DNA of 64,000 bases from Rhizodiscina lignyota. Taxonomy: Eukaryota. A model generated the notes under the pieces. The model saw nothing but the letters and a program-made list of their open reading frames with translations. It did no database searches and had not been told where the DNA came from. Below, piece by piece: positions 10,566 through 23,800 of the stretch (the stretch's first letter is position 1; every line of letters starts with the position of its first letter). The translations under genes were made by a program, and so were the position numbers. The stretch lies in the NCBI GenBank assembly GCA_010015805.1, contig ML978131.1, forward strand, positions 744,001-808,000, given 5' to 3'.

Positions 10566-13482
10566 TGCGCGCGATGGCGAAAGCGAGAGAGAGGATCGAA
10601 GGGTGGGCGCGTCGCCGCGCTCCAATCGCCGGAATATATCCGTGACGTCGTCAAAGTCCCCTTTGCTACGTCCAGCGAATGCCAGGTCGCGGTGATCAGC
10701 TCGCGGGTCAGGTTCAGTAAGACGACAAATTAGAAGCACTCGTCGGATAGTACCGCGAGACGAGACGGGCCGCGCTGCTGCAAATGGCTAACTGCAAAAA
10801 ATTGGGGGTGACCAGTGTGGCGTCCATCAAGCCACGAGCGTGCTGGGATGCACAGATGGATGGGACGGAGCAGTACCCAATTTCATTGGCAGGCATGCAG
10901 GCAAACTACTGCTCTTCTCGGGCGACCATCCACATCCTGAATGATCCTGACTGTGAATCGCGCTCCTATCGTCAGGGAGCAGGTAGCTTAACAGACGCCC
11001 ATATGAGACTTAGCAGCCTCTGTTTCCGGCGACCATTGACAGACGTCAGCGGAAAGGCGTACGAACTTCTGCTGTCCCGCGGTCCCTGCAACGTCCCTCT
11101 TGAAACTGCAAAAGCGGGCGGTCACTCGGCCCCTTGACGGCGGCTTTTGGAGGCTGTAGAATAATAGGATTAGGTACTGAGCCCTCGGAGGAACTGGAAT
11201 CATCAACGACAATCTCTGCGGCGAGTAAGTGGCGGAGGGCACCCTGACTGCAGCGCTCATCTCCCGCCGCTTCGACAGCGTTGGCGGATACGGCATGGAC
11301 TCGTAGAGACGGTGTAAGTGAGGAGCAATGACGTTTGCCTGATCCGGAGACTAGAGATAAATCCAACGGAAAAGCTCCGCCCAGGGAACGCCTGTCTATC
11401 GTCCGAGAGCGAGCGAGCGTCCGAGCGTTAGTGGGTTGTTTCTGTTGGCGTGTTGCTTCAGAAGTGCGTACACACCCAGCTCCGACACCTCATCCCTCAA
11501 TCGGCCATCGCACTCTCGCCGAGTCGGGCCAATTCAGCGACACGCGCAGATGTGGCCAAGCGGCACGTCGTGCATTTGCCGCTGACGGGTGAACTGAAAT
11601 GGAGGCATCTTTACGAAAAGCTGAGTAAGAGGCGCTCGACGACTCACGCGGCTTTGTAAGGGTGGAGGCCCTTGCGAGAACATCCGCGATTCTCTGCTAC
11701 ACCGAAAATGCGCCTTTGTGCGGCATGTTAAAGCACCCTGGCCTCTCGCTGCTCCAGCGTGCCAGCATCACAGCGGGCCCAGCGCAACGTTTGCCTTCTT
11801 GGCCTAGCAGAGTGCCGAATTGTGGGGAGCGCGACGGAGGCGGCGGGAGCCATTGCACGCTTTTAGTCAAGCCATCGAATCTCTGTGTCAGACGCTCTGG
11901 CAATCTGTCATGGCTGGATGAAGCTGCGAACTGATGCCGTAATGGCGACGCGCAGCAGAATCGGGAGGCTTCATCGACATGTGCTCGAGGCGAGCCGCCG
12001 TCTGCCCGAGGTCGTCTCCGACAGCCGTGCGAGATGCAACTTTGCATTCGCGAGAGCACGCAATTCGTGCCCTTCACATCGGCCGAGAGAAGCGACAAGG
12101 GCGCGGGGACCACGCCGAACTGCAACATGCCTGCATCGCATCGTCAATTGTCCTGCGAGATCGTGCTGCTAGTGCTGACCGCGTGCTGGAAGAGCTTGGA
12201 GCGACGTCTCTCCCACGGCAAGGCTGCATGCACGAAGACAATATCCAACCACTACGTCGGGTGCGGCCGATGCGGGTGCGCATCGACCGCGTTGCTGACT
12301 TTGCAAGCCATGCAAACTTAAAATCTCCGCCTGGAGGGAGTCGAATGGGCCGGCGCTGTCAAGCTTGTGAAGCCTTTAGCAAGCCAGGACTTGCGCGACA
12401 GTGCATATGCAAACATCTCCTGACTCGCCGGCGAGCTCGCTCTCTAATTCCCGCAAGAAATAGCTGCGGGTGGGATCATGCGTTTCAAGCTGCCCTACTT
12501 TCGGATGCGTATTGTGGCCAGCCCAATTGCTGGCCTCAAGTGATGCGGCAACCCTGCAGGACGAGAGGCGTGCGTCTCGACGGGGCAGGACGGGGTTCAT
12601 CGTCGAAATGACTGGTGCCTGAGCATTCAGGGTTTGCAGCTCGATGGACCAGGTAAGCAATACACCGAAATGGGTTGTGCTTAACGAGGTGACTTCTATC
12701 AAAACGGTCCATTGGCCTTGTCGTGTGGGCATGACTGGCCCACGGTCCGCGGCAGCTCGCCTTGATCTGTCATCTCGCGTGGTGCATTCGAAATGCAAGA
12801 TGCTAAAAATTCGACAATTGATAATATGGGCATTTCGGCCTCGCCCATCCCTCGAGTGATGCTTCCCAAAGGACCTGCTGTTGGTGCTGGCACCGTCGGA
12901 TATCAAATAGCCACATGGTGTCGTGATACGGAATACAGGTACATTTACTCTTCGGAGACTAGCCTGCTTCCGAGTGAGATCTTAGATCTCCTGCGGAAAA
13001 CCCTCGGAATCGACATTTAGGCAACGTTTCCACGATATCGCCCCTTAGTATCAGATTCATAAATCCAGCCCAACGCCGTCTCCGTGTCATTCGTGAGCCC
13101 TGGCGCACCTCATGGCTGTGGGGGCGTGATCCAGGATCTGTCCCTTCACTGACTCCACACCAGCGGCCGCATTTGAAGTGGCAAGATGGAGCGCCGGGGT
13201 CGGTCCGTGGGATCGGTCCGAGGGGAATTTAAACTAATCAATCCTCGATAAGACCGAGTTCGTGAAACTGCGGTCCGAAAATTCCTTAAGCAGCAAATTC
13301 CCACAAAGGGATCCGGTCAGTCTATCACTGTCCGTTCCAAGATGCAGGTGCAGAGTTGTTTTGCATGATCGACGTTCGAAATCAGGGGTCCAATGACCAC
13401 CTCATCCATAAAATTTGGATTCAATTTCTTGATGCCAATGTTCAAGTCAACATTATGTAACTATCATCTCCGCGGATACGTA

Positions 13483-15240
13483 TCAGGAATCTGCTGTAGT
13501 GAGATCTAACCTCGAAACATAGTAATCAACCCACCGCTCTTCCTTCTTGACAGCGTCCTCTGATAACTGTCTCAGGGCCTTCAACTCGTCCGAGGTTCCG
13601 ATTAGATGCTGCCGACATGCGTTAACCACATCCGCTACACTCGAACCCGGCGACGGCTCGTCCATTAGGTCTAGCTCGCGAAGAAGTAGGGCGACCTTTC
13701 GCTGCACGGACGCAACCTCCACGTGCCATGCTTCTCCGAGCGGTTCAATGAGCTCGAAAGGCTTGTCTTTTACATCGAGATTGGAAGGATCTCCATCGGC
13801 TACCTTGCCCCATTCGGCTTTCCGGCCGTCCCACACTCGTTCCACCCACGCGAGCCAGCGCGCGAACTCTGAGACAATCCTGTCAACTCTTCCGACTCCA
13901 TGCTCAGATCCGGCGCTCGGCCCACCGCTCAGGGCCGCGAGCTCTCGCAGAACGCTCCCCAGGATCTGCACGTTCTCTGCCAGTCCACCGGGGCCGATTC
14001 CGGCACACCAATCATTCAGTGCAGCGACATTCGCGGCCGTCCTCGTCTGGCGCTCCTTCTGCTTAACCGCGGCGCAGCGTTTACTTAAGCACTCGAATCG
14101 CTTACGAAATTTGGCCTCGGCACTAGCTTCAAACTGTTTAAGACATGGTAAGGCCGAAGCATGCAGGAGATGTAGCTGGAGCAGCTCGATCTGTTGTCGA
14201 GAAGTCTCTGAGCCCGCAATCGATGCATCCGCCGGGCTATTCAGTGGGCTTGTCGCTACGCTAACCGTCTTGGCCGTGGGCGCCGACGGGAGGTAAGATG
14301 ATGTGGGTGGTTTGGGTGCGAATGACTTCTTCGGCGAGTAATGCTGTTGATATGTGCTGAATTGAGGTCGTAATTGGAGAGCTGGAAGGGCACTGGCGGT
14401 GCGAGAATGATTGCGGTCAGTCGTGCTGCTGTTGCGCTTGAGTCCTGACTCTTGCCTCGCTGTCTTCGCTTGGCTCGTTTGACTCGTTACGGAAGCCGAG
14501 GAGGGAGGTCGGGCTGATGATGGCGTCGCCGTATTCGATCTGCTGAGTGGGCGCGTTGAGGTGCTAACGTTAGACGCGTTCCGTAGATGACTTCGACCAA
14601 CAGCAGCACTTGCAGCAGATGGGGGTGCTATCCGGCTCGACCTGTCTTTTACGGCTGGAGCGCCAATTGCTGTTTTGCGTACTGATGATGTTCGCCCCAG
14701 GGCGGATGGTGGAGGCATCCCTGACAGGGTTTTTGTTTTTGATGGGGTTGGTATCATCCTCGACTGTCGCTTGTTAGGTGCAGCACCAAGCCTCCGGTCA
14801 TCCATGCGCGGCTCTGCACCAGAAGTACTCTGGGATGCACTGATGTCTGTACCAGACAGCGCCTCCAGAGCCCGCCGTCGTTGCTCGGCAACATCAATGT
14901 CTGCCTCGTCGCTTCCTTCTGCAGTATCTGCTCCTTCCAATCCATGTGCCTTTGTTTGCCCAGCCTCTGTTCCTAGCTCATCACCGCCTGCTGCATCTGT
15001 CCCTGCATGTTCAAGGTAGCTCGCTATGCCATCAAGCCCCATACCAGGGTTGAACATTGTCATCGGCCTCTGCCTGCCCCCCGACGCACTTCGCTGTGGA
15101 AGAAGACTTCGCCGACGCGACAGTTTACTGGCGCCAGCGCTGCCTTCGCTAAACTTTCCATCTTCGCTGGGCTGCTTGTGGGACGCGTAAGAGGCTTGAA
15201 GCTGTGGTAAGCGTGTTGGCGAGGTGACTGTTGGTGACAT
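13483..15240 (-). CDS. Hypothetical 585-aa protein with a Ser/Thr/Arg-rich N-terminal half and helical C-terminal half; possible HAUS8/AUG8-like augmin subunit
   Basis: Single 585-codon ATG ORF. A basic low-complexity region is followed by ELLQLHLLH..FEASAE..RF and coiled-coil-like helices. The functional call is inference. Confidence 0.75.
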   Translation of the reverse strand: MSPTVTSPTRLPQLQASYASHKQPSEDGKFSEGSAGASKLSRRRSLLPQRSASGGRQRPMTMFNPGMGLDGIASYLEHAGTDAAGGDELGTEAGQTKAHGLEGADTAEGSDEADIDVAEQRRRALEALSGTDISASQSTSGAEPRMDDRRLGAAPNKRQSRMIPTPSKTKTLSGMPPPSALGRTSSVRKTAIGAPAVKDRSSRIAPPSAASAAVGRSHLRNASNVSTSTRPLSRSNTATPSSARPPSSASVTSQTSQAKTARQESGLKRNSSTTDRNHSRTASALPALQLRPQFSTYQQHYSPKKSFAPKPPTSSYLPSAPTAKTVSVATSPLNSPADASIAGSETSRQQIELLQLHLLHASALPCLKQFEASAEAKFRKRFECLSKRCAAVKQKERQTRTAANVAALNDWCAGIGPGGLAENVQILGSVLRELAALSGGPSAGSEHGVGRVDRIVSEFARWLAWVERVWDGRKAEWGKVADGDPSNLDVKDKPFELIEPLGEAWHVEVASVQRKVALLLRELDLMDEPSPGSSVADVVNACRQHLIGTSDELKALRQLSEDAVKKEERWVDYYVSRLDLTTADS

Positions 15241-15749
15241 CGAGGCATTGGCGGATGCGAGAGCGGGAGCGGGTACGCGTCAGAAGGTCAATTGGGCGGC
15301 GGCGAGGTCCGTATGCGTGTGTCAAATGAGAGGAGGACGGCAGCACAAGGTTGTAGGAGGAGCGGTAATGGCGCCGAGTGGGAATTGAGTTTGTGTATTG
15401 GAAGTTCGTGGAGTAAATGTTCATGTCCATGCCGAGGAGAGATACCCCATCGAACCCTTGTCGAGTTTTTAGCGGAGTGATCGCCAACATCACACGTGTG
15501 AGAGGCTTGAACTTGCAGATGCAGTCGAGACGAAAGTGGAAAATGCTGACCTGGGCATAAAATGCCAGAACAGCTTCATTTAGAAATGGTCACATTAGGC
15601 GCAGTTTAAATTCAATTCTTGGTATCCTCGTCTATTGACAATCCAATCAGAAGCACGGCATAAACTCGAGGCAGCCGTAATCGCAGTGCGCCATTCCAAT
15701 TCAGCTCATCCAGTCATAACTATAATCGTGAAGGCCTTCCTTGGAGTGG

Positions 15750-16544
15750 TCACAATGGAGACTTGCGACTTGGAAATTGGACTCCTTCGACGGCAGCAGT
15801 ATCGCAGAACCAAGCAACCCTCTCATGCGCGAGGCTATTCACCAATCCACACGGTAATTGATGGCCCTCCTCAGTGTCGAATATCTGCCTCAAGATCTCC
15901 TTCTTCCCACCGCCCGTAACTACGAACCCAATCTTGATACCATGGCATGCCACAGGCAAGCTGAGAGTGATTCGCTTCGGCGGAGGCTTCGGTGAATCTT
16001 CGATGTACAGCACCCACGCGTCTGTCTCTCGCAGAAGAGGCGATCCAGGGAACAAGCTGCAGGTATGGCCGTCGGGACCGCATCCAAGCAGGATAAGATC
16101 GAACATGGGAATACGGACACTATCTCGGCTCGCAAACTGCTGCACAAGCGTCTGCTCGTACTGGTCTGCCATCTCCGCGACATCGTCCAAGTACTTTGTA
16201 TCGATCGGGAAGACCCTCGGTTTTCCCTCCTGCTCAGGTATTTTATCCAGGAGCTCTTCCTTCACCAATCTGTAATTGCTCTCCTCGTGGTCGAACGGCA
16301 CGCATCGCTCGTCGGCGAAGAAAATTTCCCATTTGCTGAACTGGAGCGTATCATCTCGCGCCCCGGTACTCTCTTGCAGCAAAGCTTTGGCGAGGGTGGC
16401 GGGGAGGGAACCACCGGATACTGCGACCCGGAATACGTCGTGGCGGTCGATTGACTGATTTTGCGCGTCGATTACGAAGGCGCGCAGGTTTCTAGCGAGG
16501 TCGGAGATGGAATCATACGCGTATAGGCTCGGTGGTCCGCCCAT
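15750..16544 (-). CDS. SOL3: 6-phosphogluconolactonase (Sol1/Sol3 family)
   Basis: Intronless 264-aa ORF with VSGGS, FFADERCVP...SNY, FDLILLGCGPDGHTCSLFP and DSPKPPPKRITL motifs. Confidence 0.95.
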   Translation of the reverse strand: MGGPPSLYAYDSISDLARNLRAFVIDAQNQSIDRHDVFRVAVSGGSLPATLAKALLQESTGARDDTLQFSKWEIFFADERCVPFDHEESNYRLVKEELLDKIPEQEGKPRVFPIDTKYLDDVAEMADQYEQTLVQQFASRDSVRIPMFDLILLGCGPDGHTCSLFPGSPLLRETDAWVLYIEDSPKPPPKRITLSLPVACHGIKIGFVVTGGGKKEILRQIFDTEEGHQLPCGLVNSLAHERVAWFCDTAAVEGVQFPSRKSPL

Positions 16545-17301
16545 CTTGACGCCGTCTTATCTGGAGTTCGGCGCAGCGGCGATGTTGATGACGGAGGTTT
16601 GTGGCTATTTGAATTTGAGTTGAAGTCCAAGGGAGCGGGAATTGGAGATTCAATGATGAAGCATGTGAAAGGAACATGAGGCAGGAAGTTTTTAGGGCAA
16701 CGTGCTTGAGGGCTTGGTCGATAATGGATCCACCGACGATGTGGTCAGTACAGTTTCAGGAATCGGAGTGACAACCGATGACGCTTGTTTTCCGTTGGGG
16801 CGCCCTACTTATCGGGAGGAATCGTTGATCATTTTCAGGGGGCTAAGATCATGCGCAAAACTTTGCGAGAGGGCGAACTTCTGTATTTGCAGCTCTGTCG
16901 TGATCTGTGCTATCATGCCTCTGCAAGGTGACGCAACAGTCTTTCAAAGCACTTCGGTCGAAATATGTCAGCAATGCTAGGCAAATTTCAGTCCCGTATA
17001 GAACCTCCGGCACAAGGAATGCCTCTCCATCTGACCTCCATGAATGTGACGAGGTGGAGAAAGAATCGGTATGAAAAATGCCTTTCAGACATTAGATGCC
17101 CTCGAAGATCTTGATGTCAACGAGCTGCTGATTCGTTCGGTTTCACTCGGGGTAGGTAGGTATGGCAAGCATCCTTTTCGCACCGCACACTTCTCTTGGC
17201 GGCCAATGTTAGGGCTTTCTCAGCCCTTTTCAGTTCTCCTGCCAATCAACTCTCAGATTGGCGGGTACTTTAGAATCCCAAGATGATAGGAGAGTGCGAA
17301 A

Positions 17302-20052
17302 ATGAGTACATGCACAAACTTCTGCGAGAACCTAAAGTCAATAAAGCTTGATCATGGCGTTCTACCGTCGCACGAGGAGTTGATCGAGCAGCTTCAATTC
17401 TCTGAAGACGATCGAGAACGAGGGCGCCTTCTGGGAACCTGGAATGACTTGCGAAAACGAACACATTGCGACTTTTGCCAACTCGTTGATAAGGCTGTCT
17501 CTGACAGTGCAGATTTGAGCGACAGCGCTTCTGTCCGTGGGGACCAGCTAATCAGCGTCTTGATTTTCCCTAGAGAACAGTCCTTTCGATTATCATATCC
17601 TTCGCGTCTGGGACTCCGCCTAGTCTTTATCGCAGAAGATTTTCAGCATGTGAGGGGTCCGGACACAGCCAGACTGGTCCATGAGTCAGGTATCAAAGCC
17701 TCTCAGATTAAGAGCTGGGTTAGGACATGCGAGGAGCAGCATGAATCCTGCTCGCCGGAAAGAGTCGAACAGCGGGTAGGTGGTTGAGTCTCAGCAGAGA
17801 CATATTTCGATGGAAGAACTGAAATGTCACGACAGCATCGAGACCAGTGGAATAGAATAATCGACTTCAAAGAGAGCGCCACGTCCAATTTTCGCGTCCT
17901 TGACTTGGAACTCGGCTGCATAAAGCATGTTGCTCTCGACACTAGATACGTAGCCTTGAGCTATGTCTGGGGCCACTTGCCGATGTTCAAACTTAACGTT
18001 GACAACTTCGAGCAGCTATCTTGTGAAGGCAGTCTGGAAGCTATTCGAGAGGACCTGCCGCAGACAGTCAACGATGCCATCGACCTCGTGATGGCCTTGA
18101 ATGAACGATACTTGTGGGTTGACGGCCTCTGCCTCGTGCAAGACGATGATGACGATGTTAGTTTGGGCGTCGAAATGATGAATTCAATTTATCAAGGCTC
18201 TTATTTCACAGTTGTAGCGGCATCTGGAGCCAACGCGGCTGCGGGATTGCCTGGCATAGGGCACAGTCAACGCTATGACAAGCAGAGTCGACATTTTGCA
18301 GAGATTGCTTCGGATATCAGGATGACGTTTCTCCACGGCATTGACTGGCACCTCAGCAGATCTGTCTACAATGAGCGGGGCTGGACATTGCAAGAGCTCA
18401 TACTACCCCGAAGAACAGTGATCTTTATCAATGGACAGGTCTATTTCCGTTGTCATGAAGCAAACTGGAGTCAGGAATCGTGGGCAGACAAATGGGTCCG
18501 ATGCCTGGATCCAGATGACAGCAACATCAGCCGCATTCCGGATGTATATGATACCTTTACCTCATTTATTTGGGCATACCAGAAGATATGCGAAGAATAT
18601 TCGCGGCGCAAGCTCCGAAGCGATGGCGATGCCCTCCGTGCTCTCGGTGGTATCATTCGTCCGCTCACATCCTATATGGAGACAGCGATAATCGAAGGTC
18701 TCCCTGGTTACTACCTCGACCACTTCCTTCTATTCATCTCTTCCGACGGCAACCTGCGCCGACGATCCGAATTCGGAAGCTTCTCGTGGGCTGGTTGGGA
18801 AGGCCGGATCATGTGGCCACGGGAGAACTTTGTATGGTACAACGACGACGGCGAGCACACGTGGGAAATGACAAACATCATTAAATACCTCAAGAACACT
18901 CGAATCATCGAATGGAACGCTCTGGACGCAACAGCACATCTTGAACAACTGACGTCGGAGTTTTGGAACAAGCCTTCGCGCCTGATCCAGCTCATGTGTG
19001 AGCACCCTGACGTCTTTCCTGATACCGAGAACGATCCCAACAGGCAGGTTGGGGGCAGCTGGTGGTCTTCATCCACAGGGTCCCACGGTGACATGCCTCA
19101 CTGGGAGGGAAACCGAAGTTTTGACGATCGATTACTGCACCCCAAACGAGGATTCTCCATCAAGGCCTTCGATCTGGCAAATGGACAAGCAGAGTTTGAT
19201 AGACTTGTACACCACCTCGAAGATGGCATAGAAAAGATGGTGCTTCAGAACTGGGTCGCGGGCCGCAACATCGGTAAGCCAAGTAACTCGCTCTAGATCT
19301 TTTGGAAGATCTGCTCACACGAGTTCGCAGATGTTCGTGATGCCCTTGAGAATAGATCGGCTCTTGGGCCTCGTCCACTTTCGCAGTACGTAGACAACAC
19401 TAACAAAAAAGCTTCCTATCGATTTCGACTACCACGCGATGCAGCGATGCAGACGGCGGGGCACAATTCGAAAACTGAAGATCCCCGAATACGATGCGGC
19501 AAGCATTTTGCGGAACTTCGAGCGCAAAGCGCAGATGAAACCTCCGTTGATCGCTTCATAATTCCGTTAGTTCCCTATGGCCTTGCCGCCTTTTTAACAA
19601 TTGAAAACTGACCCTGACTCCAAATTAGGAACTTCCCTCCATACACTGTTCTTGACTTCAACGCCATATCCCTTCACCTCATTATAGGAACTAGTGCAGA
19701 GCGAGAGCATCACGAACGATCACCTTTTAGCCGCATCCCAGGCATCCCGCTGCTCTCCGCCACAGACCAACTGGTCGGCTCGCTCCATCCGGACAATATC
19801 AACCTCCTTGGGCCACCAGGATCGACCGTCGAGTGCCTTATTATCTCCCGCTGTAACACGCCGACAGCGGCTTCTGCTCTTTTAACTTCAGATGGCGCAG
19901 ATACGAAGCAGCCTTGGAATCTCTTCTGGATACTCCACATTGTCTGGGAAGATGGTATCGCAGAGCGACGTGGAGTCGGGCAGATACTACGTTCTGCTCT
20001 CGAGACTGCTGTTGACCCCAAACCAGAGGTAAAGAAGGTTCTGCTTGGCTGA
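17302..20052 (+). CDS. HET-domain (heterokaryon incompatibility, TOL-like) protein
   Basis: HET blocks YVALSYVWG, YLWVDGLCLVQDD, MNSIYQGSYFTVVA and RGWTLQE, plus SFSWAGW and C-terminal AERRGVG. Introns at about 17776-17835, 19274-19330 and 19566-19628 give an open spliced frame. Confidence 0.92.
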
Positions 20053-20329
20053 TTTTGCCGCGTCAGAGGTCCTTGGATGTTAGTCGCTGTGGACATCCCT
20101 ACATGCGGCACTGTGGTAGCAAGGTTGATGTCGACATGATTTAGTCATCGATATGCTCACAACAGAAGGCAAACCTCATCTTGTCCAAGATTAATAATGG
20201 GCATTTAGGCGATTTTAGTGCCACAATACTTCAATCACGTTGAAACATGCCACAACACTTCCATTCTTCGTGTGGGGGTCGCGCCGGTATTGACGTTTGC
20301 CAAGAATATTGGGGAAGAGGGAGCATATA

Positions 20330-21560
20330 TCGTATATATTCTATCCTGTTATGGTAAAGTCTAGATCGGAGCCCGAAGCATTCGTGGGGCTGTGCGCTGC
20401 GCCCGAGTGAAGCTCTGGTTAGAAGGAATCAAGGTGCTTTGCGCTATTCTACTTTCGCTGTTGGGGGCGGCTTGTATGAGTGCGGCTTCTCTCTTGCTCT
20501 TTTCGCATTTCATATCATCATCTCCTTTTTCGGTTATGTTCAGGGTATTATCCGATACGAGCTGAAGATGCTCGGTACGCCTCCAGCGCCCTCGTTTAAG
20601 CTGAGAGTCAACACGGAAGAAATCTCCATAAGCTCTGTGGTCGGATTGTTCGGGAAACTAACCGTTTCAAGACAACGCAGTTGCAGTGACTCCTTGTTGT
20701 CAATCTCTTCGGAGTGCAGATATCTATCTTCACTTTGTGGTTGGGGTTCTTGCTGGTCTGAAGTATGAATAAGGCTGACATGGGTAAATAAGGTGCTGCG
20801 GAAGATGCATGCAGCGCGCACAACGTGGCATGGACCATCTTCCGCAGAGCTGGGACAAGTTTTCAGATCGGAATCATGTACTGTGCTTTGGAATCAGCTC
20901 GCGAAACGCACCCCTCGCACGATCTCGCGCGCAGCGGATATAGAGCAGCCCTGCTCCGCGCGCTGCAGATCGGTTCTCTTTCTGGTGGCAACACTCTTTC
21001 ATTCTTCTCGGCGCCACCGGTTGTGGCTGCATCTTAATGCGCTCAATGAGCAAGAAACGAAGCAGCATTGATCGTATCTGCAGTCTCCACGCTCCGCGTG
21101 AGCTATGAGGCAGACACTCTCCCCGTCCAAGCACTTTCTTGACGCTGCGGAGCTTTAGCGCAATTGAGACTTGGTCTCCCAGGCAGGAAATATGCACACG
21201 CGGACACGAGTTCGACGTCATCGAAGCGAAGACTTATTGCAGAGGTGCAGTTCTCTCTTTTCAGGCGCTCGTGAACACGCCACCAACACTCCATTTTCGT
21301 ATCGCTGCATGGTGTGGAATCAATTTTAGCTGCTTTCTTGTAATGACGTTGGGATGCTGAAGGACACACCTTCTTAGAATTCCGAAGAAGAACACTTGCC
21401 CGCTCCTAGTTCTTGCCCTTCCGTAATGCTTCCTTCTCTCACCATTCAGCTGTTACCGAGCTCCTGATACTGTTGAGGCGACTCTCGGCATGCAACCTCT
21501 GCTGCAGCCAAAGAAGTATCAGCATTACGAGTTGAACAGAGATTCTTACATTCTCCTTCT
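20330..21560 (-). pseudogene. Possible degenerate multi-exon gene relic
   Basis: Intron-like elements (gtaaga..ctgat..ctgcag; gttagt..ttgac..cag) flank coding-like frames interrupted by TGA/TAG stops. No recognisable domain. Confidence 0.3.
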
Positions 21561-23800
21561 TGTGAGCCCCGGACGGAACAGTCACGTATTTCCCCCAAAC
21601 TTATACGGCCGTACCAAGACCTAAATCCTGCCGCGACGCGTTGTTCCAGCGAAGATCATCATGTCATGATCGAGACGGTATCCATGATAAGAGTTGTTTA
21701 GATCTAGCGGTATTGGTAACGTGAGAAACGTTAGGATATTCTTGGTCGAAACATGGTTGAAGTTTCTGAAACATAAAGTAGAGAGGCTGCATGGATTTAC
21801 GTTCTAGAAATGCCAAACTCTTGAAAAGAAGTCGTACCAACCACAGTTATCTCCCTGTGTGTGTATGCATCAATCGAGGTTAGTAACTAGTTATTGTGTG
21901 CCTCAGCCAACTCCAGGTGTTCATATTACGGCTGTGAAAGGAGCTATTTCTTATGTCAAACTTAGCACTTGTGGCAGTCAGTGATCATTTTGCTCAAGTG
22001 TGAAGACGCTCTACAAGTCATCGGCAACTTACATATATCTGATAAGACGGGCGTTCGGAGTTTTGGGACAGAGGCACGGCCAACACTTCCTGGAAATGCT
22101 ATCAAATTGGTGATCCGAGAATCGTGGCACACGCCACTTGCTTCTATTATGCAGCTAGTCAGCTTTGATTGTTGTTTCAGGCCTCTCTTTAATTGACACT
22201 ACACATACAATGAGATACGGGCTATGGTACGATATTTGAATGCCCTTGAGGCAATTGATCCAGCGCTTTCTATCATGATTTCAACATTTCATCTCGTTCA
22301 TCAGCCTTTGGGTCGTTATAGAAGGTCCCTGGGGCATCCTGCCCAGCCCCGCCTGCAAATAAAGAGCTAGGATTCGAGAGAACATCGCGACCGTTTTGGG
22401 TAATTGTATACGTGGTTGTGCGCTCAACACCTCTCTTGGAGTGTCAGTAGGGGCACAAGCTCTGAACTCGCTGCTGGCCGTGAACGATCCGCTGACAGGA
22501 ATCAATTGAGGCATGCGAGTATGAGCGAGAATGTTGTTCCGCATTAGCTCTCATGCTGAGACATCAACTTCTCAGACTCTCTCGAATCAACCCCACAAAT
22601 CCTGCGTTTAAAGCTTGCTGCATCAGAGCAGACAACGGTTCTGCATTTACCCAATATAATCCCCTGGTCCCCAGTCTCCGATCATGCTGTTAACTGGGGT
22701 GCGTACTGCCCAAAAAGGTGTGATAATAGATGTCCCAGCAAGTTTAGGACGGAGGTGCGCCTTGCGCGAAAGTTGACATGGGGGTGTATGCAAAAAGGAG
22801 ATTCAAAGAACGGAACAATACCGTGTGATGCAAAAGGCTGGATGGGGAACGAGCCCTTTCGAGTTGCGCCCGAGCCTTCTACATCTTGGGTAGCTCTCGC
22901 GGCCGCACCAGAGAGATGTGCAGCTCAGTACCCACTACTGTCCGCTTCTGGGGGTGTGGGCCCCTGGAGGCAAGGTGCTGTCTAAGATCGGACATATGTG
23001 TGTAGTAGCATACCGGTTAAGCGAGTTGCACTTGCAGCGCATCTGCAATGACTTCGGGGTCCAAGGAAGATCGATGAAATGAGGCATGTAGTACCGATTC
23101 TCGGCTACTCCACTGGGAATGAGAAGTAATCTTACACAGGCCAACGAACATCGCGTATAAACATGTACTGTCGGCCCTTTTACTTCTAAGCGACATGCGG
23201 TGTGTCCATCCCGATCTTTGGAAGGTCGCCACTCGCACGAAAGACATGATTCTAAACCTTCAAGCTCCTATTGCGTCTTTCGCCCGAAGCAATGTTGATA
23301 ATACGAGTTCTGTCCACGTAAAAGAAATATGCAAGCCACATGCGCATGGGATCCCAGCTGAAAAGGAGAGAGCGGAAAGGTGGTGAAGGGGAAGAGCTGA
23401 GACCTCGAGAAAGGCCCACTACACCTTTGATTGATATGCCAATGCACAATCTTAGACAACATCCGACATGCCGCAAGAGGTTGGACACAAGGATTGCCCG
23501 GAGTCAGAGAACAGCTCCACGCTTATGAGGCGAAGTACGGGTACTCCGTAGCGCTGAAGAAGGCGACGTTAGATTCCTGCCCCCAGATTGATATGGCGGG
23601 ATCGATCTTATCTGATGGAATGATCCTATTCAATATCACGTGCCTAGGGTTGATCGGGCGGCGCGCGCTAATGGAGCTTCCCGAGTCGCGTCTCCCGAGA
23701 GGCCAGAGTTCAGCTTCAAGGGGAAGTTCTGCAAAAAGTCGTTCATTACCATCTCAATCCTCTTGCGTCGCGTTGCGGTCCTCTGAAGCTCTGATTCACG

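Noticed and set aside
16650..16760. ATGATGA box C-like motif suggesting a snoRNA
   Set aside because: No properly placed box D or terminal stem. It is the antisense of the 6PGL upstream region.
21560..21670. Fragments resembling a fungal TPP aptamer (TTATACGGC ... CCAGCGAAGATCATCATGTCAT)
   Set aside because: It lacks the essential CTGAGA and CTTGATC motifs, has no P5 pairing and has no thiamine-related gene nearby. Probably coincidence; cmsearch with RF00059 would settle it.
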